NCBI GenBank assembly: GCA_020536535.1
Contig: JAHLWZ010000357.1
Location: 1-41,563, forward strand
Reading direction: 5' to 3'
Source: Pelomyxa schiedti
Lineage: Eukaryota; Protista; Evosea
Length of the DNA: 41,563 nucleotides
Positions 26,901-37,261 of the stretch are shown here, piece after piece. Position numbers and translations under genes: made by a program. Within the stretch, counting starts at the first letter, position 1. Every line of letters starts with the position of its first letter. The notes under the pieces were generated by a model. That model was not told where the DNA came from and did no database searches. It saw nothing but the letters and a program-made list of their open reading frames with translations.

Positions 26901-29900
26901 ATCATCCAATATGCTCACTTCAATTTGTTGCACAAGCTGCCCATCAGTAAAGTTCACTTGTACTGCGGCAATATTCGCGATTTCGTGTGCAGGTCTGAAA
27001 CTCCTAAAGAGATAGGCGCCGTCCTTGTGGCTTGTGTACCTTTTTAACGTGAATAAAGAAAGAAGCTCAGAAGGGTCTCACTGTAAGAATTTTTGGTCCA
27101 CAATCATTTTTAGACTCCTTTCGTAGTTTGTGATGGAAGATAGGAACCCATTACTGAAAACAAAACTTGCGACACCATTGTCTAGTGTGACACTGGACCC
27201 AGCAGCCCCCGGAACAGTTATTTCTGTGTATCCAGATTGCCCAACAGAAATAAAATATGTACTCCAGCCAAGAGCAGGCACTGAGGCAGTGAACCACAGT
27301 GTGTAACTACCGTCAGTGTTTGGAATTACCTGCTATTTTAAGAGTTGTTCTCTTTATTAGAAGTGTTTACCTGGGCTGGCACAGCAGATCCCGCATTGTC
27401 CAGTACAGTTACATCTGATCTGTAGACAAGTACTGATACAGGTGTAGTCCTATCCCATCCTTTTGCTCAGTTAACTTGACAAAGAGTATGAACGGAATTT
27501 TACCTAGCGAATTTTCTAGAATAATAACACCAGAATGCGTGCTATCAATTTGTTTAAGTGTATCGGGAGAGGCAGATAAGACGGGAGTAGGAGAGCTTAT
27601 TGTTCGAAGTAGTAACTGAAGTATTTTTAGGCATTAAGCTGTAATTTCGTAACCTGCCTGAGGCATAAAGGTGGTTGCAAATTCCGTGCAGTTCTCTATG
27701 GCACCTTCCAACCTAGCCATGTCATCATCGGTAGGTATTTCTCGGGATGTTCCTGATAAAAAAGATCAGTGAGGAACTTGTAAAGAAACAGGACCACCTG
27801 TTACAGAGTCGTGGTGCTGAATAAGGGCTTCATTTCTGCGGGCTTCTTGTATCATGGACAATTCCTATATCTCATGTAAGGAGTACGACGAGGAGAAAGG
27901 ACCTACCTCATTTGTGGGGGCGACAGAGTCAGTTACGACCCAGGAGAGAAGTTGGTCTCCCCAACGGATAGCACGATCAGCTAACAAAAATTAGCCAGAT
28001 CAAAGGAGTTCCATAACAGCATACCTTGTCGGGATCGTATTTTCAGACATGAGTGAGAGGAGTAATATCTGGTAAAATTTAGTGGATAAAATAGGTTCAG
28101 GAGTGAGGAACCCAGAATGGAAACAGTTTGTCGACTGGGAATATGGGAAGAAGTCTGGACCTTCGTATGTGGGGAACTGGAAGTGAAGGTAAATTNNNNN
28201 NNNNNNNNNNNNNNNNNNNNNNNNNNNNNNNNNNNNNNNNNNNNNNNNNNNNNNNNNNNNNNNNNNNNNNNNNNNNNNNNNNNNNNNNNNNNNNNAAATT
28301 TAGTGGATAAAATAGGTTCAGGAGTGAGGAACCCAGAATGGAAACAGTTTGTCGACTGGGAATATGGGAAGAAGTCTGGACCTTCGTATGTGGGGAACTG
28401 GAAGTGAAGGTAAATTAAATGTGTGAGCGCTTGTTGCCAATAACCTCCACTTGGGTGCTGTGTATAGTATTGAAGTAGTCAGAAGGGGTAGAATAGACAA
28501 CAGTCAAATTGTAGTCACTTTCATGCTTGTTGATCCAGTCGACAATCATAGTCATATTACCAAACTCAACTTTAAAATCTAAGTTAGCAGTCTCAGGCGA
28601 CGAAGACTCTTAGAAACCTGCTGCATTTTGAAACGCAAAATCGTGTCCAAAGAGCATCAATAAGTTATTTGTTCGATACATAGCCAACCTGGAAAAGATG
28701 AAACAGTACCAACTAGGGGGGCTTATCACCTCTCTCTGGCAATTGTGATGAAGTCCAGAGCAAATGCTTCAACGTTCAATAATGTGACTGGTTTTGTATC
28801 ATCTTCCCAGTTCATTCCAGGTGGGCCGCTGTACTGATCCTCGAGAATGTGAGTAAACATATCTAATGGGGAGAGTTAAAGAAAAATGAGTAGTTGAGTA
28901 TTTAGTTTGCTTACTTTGCTCAGGAAGGAGGATTGTTCCCATTGTATTCCATATGAACTCTAGGGTCCGTTGTATTTTCATTTCGTCTCTGAGGCGCCAA
29001 TCTATTCTCATATGCACTTCATTTTCCAACCCCATCATCTTAAAAAGAGCAGCAATTGTATCAGAAGCGCCAAAAGGGTCTACCCATGTGAAGGCAAGTT
29101 AGACTTAGAGGACAACAAAAGTATAGACGCACCAATCTGCCACGCCACTTTTGGAACAACACCCAGTTCATCGAATAAGTACAAATGTCCTGAGAGAGTT
29201 TCATATAACAGGAGGGTTACTGAAACATTTACCTTCAGTCATGTCGTTCACAACAGCTTCATGGGTAACAATTCCTTCGTCAGCCATGGACCAGCCACCC
29301 ATGACAAACTCAATTTGCCCATTTTCCTTTAATATATTAGCTGAGACCATGTAAATAGGGAAGAAGAACCAAAAGGCTACGGAATTGGTTTTTCTTGCTA
29401 TCAGATTGTGTTTCCCACCACAATCGGAAGAAACTTGTCTCGGCCCACGTGAATTTGTATGAAGGGTTAGCAGCCAGTTGTTCTACAACTGTGTCAAGGA
29501 TAAATTTCACTTCAGTGTCCTTCAACAAAATTAGCCAGCCAACATAATAAGAAAGTGAAAGTAGGTCCAGTTGCACACNNNNNNNNNNNNNNNNNNNNNN
29601 NNNNNNNNNNNNNNNNNNNNNNNNNNNNNNNNNNNNNNNNNNNNNNNNNNNNNNNNNNNNNNNNNNNNNNNNNNNNNNTATGAAGGGTTAGCAGCCAGTT
29701 GTTCTACAACTGTGTCAAGGATAAATTTCACTTCAGTGTCCTTCAACAAAATTAGCCAGCCAACATAATAAGAAAGTGAAAGTAGGTCCAGTTGCACACA
29801 TAATATCCTTGGTAAGTATCCAGCCACCCGGGGTCACTGCACAAAATAACAAATTTGTTTTTTTCAATTACCATTGCCAAATAGAAACAAAAAAAAAAAA

Positions 29901-30022
29901 CCCATATCAAAATATTCATACCAATGAGTGTGAGGGACCAGGAACACAGTGGCCCTATCTTCAGCCCCCGCAACAACTCCAATTACAAAAGCAACAACAC
30001 ACACTAGTGTGGTACCCCTCAT
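23909..30022 (-). CDS. Glycoside hydrolase family 38 (lysosomal-type) alpha-mannosidase, multi-exon; assembly is interrupted by 3 gaps and a redundant allele copy
   Basis: Signal peptide MRGTTLVCVVAFVIGVVAG is followed by VPHTHCDPGW (metal ligands), FTWAETSFFRLWW, IEFVMGGWSMADE, AWQIDPFG (nucleophile), QHHDSVTGT, VPALGWSTY, LRLEHLY and the C-terminal ITIDPKQIRSFLV. Confidence 0.93.
24700..28195. repeat. Two ~1.7-kb near-identical copies (24700-26400 and 26501-28195) separated by 100 N; allelic assembly bubble
   Basis: The copies are identical for exactly the first 121 and last 121 nt and carry scattered, largely synonymous or intronic differences between. The same 121-nt overlaps flank the gaps at 28196-28295 and 29579-29678. 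Confidence 0.9.
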
Positions 30023-30133
30023 CACTTGCTATTTATTCCTTTTTCAAGACGAAAAGAAAACCGTTGGAACGAAAGAAACACTTCGCGAAAAAAGAAGACG
30101 ATGAAAAACTTGATGGTGTTGATAGTGTATTAA

Positions 30134-32302
30134 TTAGTTGTTGTTGGGTAGAGACTGGCACCACACAGACATTGTTGTGGCTTGTATTGGCTCATGGTAG
30201 TATGTTGCACACTGCATTGATTAGATTGATTTGGTTGCTTTTTTTGGTGGGGGTTTCTTTTTACCTTGTTGTAGCCCAGTTTTTCAAGAAACGAGCTGAT
30301 CAAGGGTTCTGTTTGGGATTGGGTCACAATGTGTGACGGGAGTGGCTTCCCTTGGTCAAATGGTGCTTGTAGTAGCCTCGCGGTAAAGTCCAGAGGATGT
30401 GCTTTGAAGTATTCTGATTCATCTACGTGGTTGTCCTCATGGCTTGCTTCTTGGTTAGTTGAAATAGCAAAAAAAGGTTATAACCTTGGAGAGCAGTCCA
30501 GGAACGTCATATTAACAGGCGTTTCATCCCAACGCCTGTGGATGTGTGTGTGGTAGGGTGTCGAGTGACACCCGGTAAGAAATAATATATCAGTGGCAAT
30601 TGGCTTGTCTGCTTCCCGCAGGAATTTCATCACCTTTATCGGAGTTAGAAATTTTTCAGCTAGGGGATGGAAACCTTTATTGGAGCAGCTTGGTGAAAGA
30701 TAGAAAAATAAAGTGCCGAAGTTATTTGAAGTCCAAAGAGAAAAAGAATCAATACTCTGAGATGTGGTTGTGAACAACAGATAGGAGTGTAACATTGGAC
30801 CTGGAAAGTGATAGTTTAGAGCCGCTGGATGTTCTGGTCCAGACATCATGGACAAAGTACCCGCAGTAACACATGGCCAAAGGCAAAGCTGGAAAAATAA
30901 ATCTGATCAAATGGCGTTTTTTTGGCAGGAAGTCTGGAAAAATGAGAAAGTACCGAAATTCTTTGTGAGGTATTGGAGTGAATTCAAGAAGAACCCCCAA
31001 AATAATCAGCAGCAAAGCATAGGATTTGCTTCTGTAGATACCAAGAACCTTTAACGGAGAAATAAGTGAAAAGAAAAATACTATTTAAACTGCATACCAT
31101 CAATGGAGCAAAGCTCCCGAGGATGGATGGAAAGCCGATTGTGAAATACCAGTGCCAGGGATGTGTGCCGTAAAATTCAGATACAGACTGAAATACCTGT
31201 GCGTGATCAGAAACATCCATGGGACTCCAACTCCATCATACGTTGTGATACAGAAAATTTAGAGGGACCAGAGTCCACACTCCGTAGAACAGTCTGTCAA
31301 TCAGGGTAGACAGAAACAGCAATGACAAACCCACAGGAGCTAATTCAAGTACAATAAACTGCGAACTGCTGAGTCAAGTAGCGCAACAGTAAGAAAAGCA
31401 CCTTCAGTGCCGATTGAAAACTTTTCATTGTACACAGGTGGCAGAGTGACACAATGCCCATAGGATACAACTAGTGGGCCTGAGGATCACTACAAACGAT
31501 GCAATGCTTATGGCGAGTGCTCTAGCGCTAAATAACATTAAAGTGAGAAAAAATGAGAAAATGAATGCATACTGGCGATGAGTCGGTGAAGGCATTCCAG
31601 GAAAATCCCAGAAATAAAGAGATACAACTGTAAGAGAAGTCTCAAGGGAATTTACTAGGGTCCTCACCCCGGCAAAAAATGTAAACCAAGATAGAAGTTG
31701 GCAAATAAACTGCGGTACATGAGTCTTCACGCAGGAACTACCAAAAGTTTTCATACAGCATATTTTCCTACTTGCGGACCCCAGATTCTGGTGGCCAGTT
31801 TCCAGACAAAAATGTCCCCAATTGCACAAAAGACTGCTTGGATAAACCTAGGAGCATAAATCTGTCACAAATAAAAAAAAAAACCTTACTAAATACTTGT
31901 TCCATTTTTAAGAGTAAGAGTAGTAAGTACACTGTGTAAGACTCATACCACCAAGAAAGCAGTGTCACATCCCATAATAAGTAGAACTTTGTACACGCAA
32001 GCGAAAATCAAAGGGTGAACCCACCCCCTTATCATTTCTCTCCATTCCCATGTCATGTGTCCTACCCTGGTTGGCTAGTCAGGCTCGGCAAATCATAATA
32101 AAGGAAAGGGAGGCAAGCACCCAAAAACGAGATTATGGGCGACTTCCATGCTCTGCCAGTACTCGTCAGCATCGAACCACGTGCCCACAACAACTCCGCA
32201 CGCCAAACGGTACACCATCACCCCTCCCATAATTACAAAAAAAGGGACCGCACGTTCCCCACAGTCCCCCGTTTGCCTCGCGCTCACGTGCACGCTCTTC
32301 AT
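30134..32302 (-). CDS. PIGB: GPI mannosyltransferase 3 (PIG-B/Gpi10, GT22), multi-exon
   Basis: Motifs are TWFDADEYWQSMEVAHNLVFG|VGHMTWEW..IRGWVHPLIFA, RTLVNSLET, ILRPTS, FYGTHPWHWYFTIG, PHKEFR, FLTGCHSTPYHTHIH, MTFLDCSP and DESEYF. The start codon is uncertain (32302 or 32230). Confidence 0.9.
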
Positions 32303-32441
32303 CCGGTGGCTTCTTCCGAGAAAATCAAAAGCTTGGATTGGAAAGAAATGATTACTGCGGAGTTGTGTTTGCTCTGCTGTCCTGAACGTTTTGTCACTTG
32401 TACTCCTGTAGGTACAGATTCAGTACCTTGCAGGGTTTTAC

Positions 32442-33995
32442 TCAGAACAGGAAGGAGATCTCAGTGTGGTCTGTGAGCCTGCATTTGTTCTTCTCACCCG
32501 TGATTGTAATGACTGCCACATCTCTGCCAGACTGGAAATCACTGACAGTCACAGTGTCGCCATCACCGTTGACGTGAAACAGGAACCCACAATGCCCAAA
32601 CGCCGCCTGGATCCGGTCAGACTCGAATTCAACAGCCCGGAGCGGGAGCCCAGAGAAGTTGCAGTCCCAGATCTCTACCTTCGTCGTTCGTTTGGCAGGG
32701 GGTCCGTCACGCCGCCTGTGCACATTTTGGTCTTCGTTGCACCATGACACACAGTACAGCCTCTCACTCAACTGCGAAAGCTCCAGCCTCGAAGACCAGT
32801 ACTCTGTTACATTGGCAACCTCCTTGTCCTCATCATCATCACCATCCCCTGGGATCGACTCAGCGTAGTGGAGAACGAAGCTGGGAGACAGATTCACCAC
32901 GGTGGCAATGAATGACCGCCGGCCTGACTCAGTGTGCATGACAAGCCACTTGAACTCGTCGAGGTGAGACGGCGTCAAAGAGAGGAATTTGGGAAACAGG
33001 CACCGCGTCGAACTTATGGGTCTGGACGCGGTGTCGTCCGCGGATGACCAAAGCTGTGGTAGGCTCACTACACTCACTTTTACCACATTCTTCAACTTGC
33101 CAATGCTCCAAACAAACACGGCCTCATCGCAGTGATACTCGTCCATGAAAACCCCGAACAGCTTGTCTGGCGTTCTGATTATCTTTGCTGCCTGTTGTTG
33201 TGATCCGCCACAACCAACATTCTTAGTTCGCTGTTTGGCCACCGTCAGGTTCACGATTACAACTCTCTCCTGATCCCACCGTTCGTTTATAACCACCCAC
33301 TTGTGATTCACACCCATACTGGTGGTAGCACCCCCCAGCAGAATCTTATCAGCACCGCCGCAACCATCACTCAACTCACACACACCGCCACAACCATCAC
33401 CACCCGCGTCCCCATTCTTGCGGCCCCTCAATTTCGCTGGTGGCGGTGGTGTTTGTGATTCCGGTGGCGCCGGCGTCAAGTACAGCTTCCCCTTGCTCTT
33501 GGGCCCCCGTTCGTCCGTGCTCACGAAGGGGCCCTGTATCCTCTCCACCACGTGGCCGCTGCATTCCCCCACGACCTGCAAGAGATTCCACTCCGCGTCT
33601 CGCACCCAGTGGCGGGTGTGGCCACGCACCACCCCCAGGGTCGCGTCCGACACGGCGAATGCCGCCAGGGCCTCGCACTTGTACAGGGCGACCTCCCCGT
33701 AGACGGCGTGCTTCCCCATCCGCATGCAGGCGCGGCGCAGCGGGGGGGCCTCGTGCAGCACCCAGTCCCACACGAGCCTGATGGCTCCGGGGGCCGCCGC
33801 TCCGTCCTCTTGCGGCTGCGGTGCGCCGGGGCACTGCGCGAGGAGGCGGCGGGCACGCCACAGGGGGCCGCAGCGATCGTGGGCGAGCAGGCACAGGGCG
33901 AGGAACTGTGACGAAAGGTCGAGTGCTGGGGTCACGAGGAACACTGGCAAGGGCCTCGGGGCCGCGTGTGTTGAAGCTTTGCCTGTAGTTTGCAT
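32442..33995 (-). CDS. Intronless 517-aa protein of an unrecognised lineage-specific family (paralog A)
   Basis: This is an uninterrupted ORF colinear with 37262-38839. They share TPALDLSxQFLALCxLAHxRC, RLVWDWVL, TLGV, NxKW, FxDEYHCDEAxFV, VSLPQLWS, LExSQLSERLxCVS, WDCN, IQAxFGHCGFLFH, VSDFxSG and SFLF*. Confidence 0.85.
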   Translation of the reverse strand: MQTTGKASTHAAPRPLPVFLVTPALDLSSQFLALCLLAHDRCGPLWRARRLLAQCPGAPQPQEDGAAAPGAIRLVWDWVLHEAPPLRRACMRMGKHAVYGEVALYKCEALAAFAVSDATLGVVRGHTRHWVRDAEWNLLQVVGECSGHVVERIQGPFVSTDERGPKSKGKLYLTPAPPESQTPPPPAKLRGRKNGDAGGDGCGGVCELSDGCGGADKILLGGATTSMGVNHKWVVINERWDQERVVIVNLTVAKQRTKNVGCGGSQQQAAKIIRTPDKLFGVFMDEYHCDEAVFVWSIGKLKNVVKVSVVSLPQLWSSADDTASRPISSTRCLFPKFLSLTPSHLDEFKWLVMHTESGRRSFIATVVNLSPSFVLHYAESIPGDGDDDEDKEVANVTEYWSSRLELSQLSERLYCVSWCNEDQNVHRRRDGPPAKRTTKVEIWDCNFSGLPLRAVEFESDRIQAAFGHCGFLFHVNGDGDTVTVSDFQSGRDVAVITITGEKNKCRLTDHTEISFLF

Positions 33996-34348
33996 CTGGT
34001 TTCACTTGTGATTAACGGTAAAGAAAAATTGAATGGCTGAGGAAAATAATCAAATGAACGGGAGGCCGTCAATGCATCCTTGTCTGCAGCACTTTCACTG
34101 GAGGGTCCTCCTCCTCACTTGGTACTATTCATTCAAATGGGACATAGTGATGATTGCGAAAAAAAACTATTTTTTCCCTCTTCGGTTGTCGTGTTTCCGG
34201 CAACACCGGTCTTGGTGGCAAACAACTCTTTGTGGTCCTGTGGTCACAACGCACCACGTCACAGAGCACAATTCGGTGGTTTTCTGAGCTCCAGTGTCGA
34301 AGGGGAATTAAATTTTTTTACAGATTTCACGAAAACTGTGATTGTCGG

Positions 34349-34409
34349 CCGGCGTCAAGTACAGCTGCCCCTTGCTCTTGGGCCCCCGTTCGTCCGTGCT
34401 CACGAAGGG
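34349..34409 (-). pseudogene. ~60-bp dispersed fragment of paralog A
   Basis: It matches 33470-33530 with one visible mismatch. Confidence 0.85.
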
Positions 34410-34454
34410 ATGGCACAGCCTGGCTCCAAAAACCCTCATTCCGACTCACCATGG

Positions 34455-34560
34455 CCATCCATCCCGCTCCATCCCCCCTGATGCACCGCGGTCCGACTCG
34501 AGCCATCCCGCTCCATCCCCCTATCCCATCCCGATGCATCGCGGTCCACCGCGATCCATC
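34455..34560. repeat. Short degenerate tandem repeat (ccatcccgctccatccccct x2; gatgcaYcgcggtcc x2)
   Basis: The direct repeats are visible and lie just after the 60-bp gene fragment. Confidence 0.65.
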
Positions 34561-35239
34561 TTGGTCGATCCCAGAACATCACACCGGTCACCAGAGATTT
34601 TAGATAAAGGGTTAATAATAATGTGAAGACTGGAAAGAGGCCTGAGAGCTTGCTGGGTGGTTCGCCTTGTCTTTGATTGTATTAGTCTTATTGTTCTGAG
34701 CATGGGAAAAGTAGGTGGTTCGGTGTTGGTCTTGCCCGCCTCGATGTTCCTGGATGTTGAATCTAATCCACCATACTCGATTTGGTAGTTGCACTGGGGC
34801 CGCACAAGTCGTGGGTACGTTTGGTTGGGTAGTGTTGCACTGAGGCCTGCACAAGTCACTGTGTCTGCATCACGTAACCCAGTATTCGGTGGTTTGCCGC
34901 CTTCATCAGCCGCACTCACACGGTGGGAGGTCATTTTCTTCTCTCCCACAAGTACCACCCATAAGAAAATCGGGAGTGTTTCTGTAAACAACACAACCAA
35001 ACAATTGGGGAACACCCCTCAAATAAGGTTTCAATCTACATTGCATTGAAGTGATGTAAGACCACATCTTTGGCTTTCAATCAGTGTCTCAATGACTCTT
35101 GACCATATTTGGCTAAAAAAAAAACATAATCTTCACACTGTTTTTGATGACTTTTGTAAATCAAACCTACAGCTTCAAAGGGGGCTTGCTCCCAATGCCA
35201 AGACCAAGGGTTCCCATTATCATGCCAATGGCGAGCCAC

Positions 35240-35333
35240 ACATCAACAAAGAGCGACGGCCTCACCAAATCGACATCGGCACACATTGACACCCACGAGT
35301 GCCTCACCAAATCGACATCAACAAAGAGCGATG
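35240..35333. repeat. Short interleaved direct repeats (acatcaacaaagagcga x2; gcctcaccaaatcgacatc x2)
   Basis: The direct repeats are visible just upstream of the ATG at 35361. Confidence 0.7.
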
Positions 35334-35360
35334 GGTTGATCCTTCCCTGAAAAAGAAAAA

Positions 35361-36440
35361 ATGTCTCTCGAGGAGTTGTACTTCGGCTCGTGCGAGGTGC
35401 GTATGAAGAGGGTACCCGGGCACTCCTTCGAGTACAAGCCAGGGGTTACCATTTGGGAGGACTTTGGCGACACAGTAACCGATACCACCACTTCGTCATC
35501 AGCCACGCCCGGCGCCTCCTACAACGACGGGCCACTGAAGCACCTGGGGCCCGGGTACGAGTCCGTCATAGCCCCGGGGCGCTGCCCACCCGCCCGCTGG
35601 CCGTCTCCCCCGGCGGCCCCGTGGCGATGTGCCCCACGCTGGCCGCGCCCCTGCTCAAGGCCGAGGACGGCGACGTCGCCGCCAGGCAGTCGGGGCGCCG
35701 AATTGCAAATTTCCGATTGGCTGATGAAGTGGCGGCGCAGGGGAGTGGTGGTGGGAAAATGGAGTGGTTTAGGCTAAAGGGTTGTGGGGACTTGTACCTG
35801 GGGTTCCCTGTAATTGGGGTGGACAACACTGCTTATGTGCAGGTCAGGGGCTGTACTTTTGAGCAGACTTGCATGAGGGAGCAGTATTTGACCTCTTTGG
35901 TGGCTTCTATTGGTGCAAGGACTGGCTTCTCCTCTGTGAATTATCCAATTGGTGTGCCTTCTTTTTTCTGTTTTTGGTTGTTTCTCTCACTGCTCTCTGA
36001 TTTTCCACTCTGTTCTAGAATAGTGCTTAACCGCTCAATAGATTGAGAATTTGAACATAGCTCCATTCAAAGAAATGTTCCCACCTGAGAGAATTAATGG
36101 TGGTGAAGTGGAACCCACAGAAACGCCGACTCTTGCTGCCCAGGATCAGTTGTGTGACTTCACCACAAAGCCACTATCACTTCATGCTGTTCCTTTCCCG
36201 GCGATATGTAGTCTCCAAACCTCAAACAATTAGTAACTCAGATAACAGTAAATACTAAATGGCAGACCTTGTGGGCAGAGTGCAATGCCAAGCTCCCTAC
36301 TGGGCCAACAATGGCCCTCACATACCTGTATTGGAGGTATACAAACTTCTCTTTTTTTCCTCTCTCATTTTGCTACAACCAGGCTTGGGCGAGAAGTAGA
36401 CTTTGACATGGCTTTCACAGGAAAAAGTTGGCTAAAAGGT
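35361..36440 (+). pseudogene. Probable pseudogene of an atypical kinase-like (SelO-reminiscent) protein
   Basis: Protein-like sequence switches frame near 35570-35600 (ORF 35361 to ORF 35390). Motifs are QSGR, WFRLKGCG..GFP..VRGCTFEQTCMREQY and later YLYWRLGREVDFDMAF. The intron after ~35951 appears phase-incompatible with the next exon. Confidence 0.45.
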
Positions 36441-36934
36441 GACCAGTTTTCTATTCACCAACACAATAACGAGAATCAGGGATGCAACATTTCCACACCC
36501 CATTGATGGCTCATTGGATGCACAAGCAGAAGCCTTAGTGATGTTCACAGTTACTTACATTGCATGATTTCCTACTGGTGGAACCCACTCTCATTTCCAA
36601 ATCAGTGGTGTAAGCCATAAGGAAGTTTCTACTGCTTTAATTACAAATCCAGTCCCACTAGTAACATAGTGTTGTGAGTAGGGTGCGTCCCTTACAGACA
36701 TGGTTGTACTGAGAAAAGGAGGAACAAATTCTTTATGTATTGAAATTTACCAAATTGGCGTTGGGGTGGCGGCTGGGGATGCTGTGGGCACCCGGACGGC
36801 AGCATCCATAGCTGCGGCGCCAGTGGTAACCAGCTCCCAACACAAGGTTCCAACGGCAAGCTTGCGCAACTTTCGCAGTCATAAAAATAACGCCAGAGCC
36901 GGCCACGGTCGGCCAGAGGCTGCCGGGGAGCTCT

Positions 36935-37107
36935 GGTGCGCTGGGGCACTGCACGAGGAGGCGGCGGGCACGCCACAGGGGTTGCCGCGATCGTGGGGGA
37001 GCAGGCACAGGGCGAGGAACTGCGAGGAAAGGTCGAGTGCTGGGGTAACGAGGAACACTGGCAAGGGCCTCGGGGCCGCGTGTTGCAGCTTTGCTTGTAG
37101 TTTGCAT
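36935..37107 (-). pseudogene. Frameshifted 5' relic of paralog A
   Basis: It is near-identical to ~33820-33995. It reads MQTTSKA, then shifts frame into AAPRPLPVFLVTPALDLSSQFLALCLLPHDR, and homology ends abruptly at ~36935. Confidence 0.85.
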
Positions 37108-37261
37108 CTTTTTGATTTACAGTAAAAGAAAATCTGCTGGCACGGAAGGCTGTCAATGCATTTTGGTATCATCACCCAGGATCGGCGGTCTGGTGTTTTT
37201 ATTCAGCCAAATGCTTTTCGGTACTTGTATGGCACAAACCAGGCGGCTGTTGTTTGTTTGT

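Noticed and set aside
24700-28195. Tandem duplication or second mannosidase gene
   Set aside because: Exact 121-nt overlaps and 100-N spacers indicate an unresolved allelic bubble.
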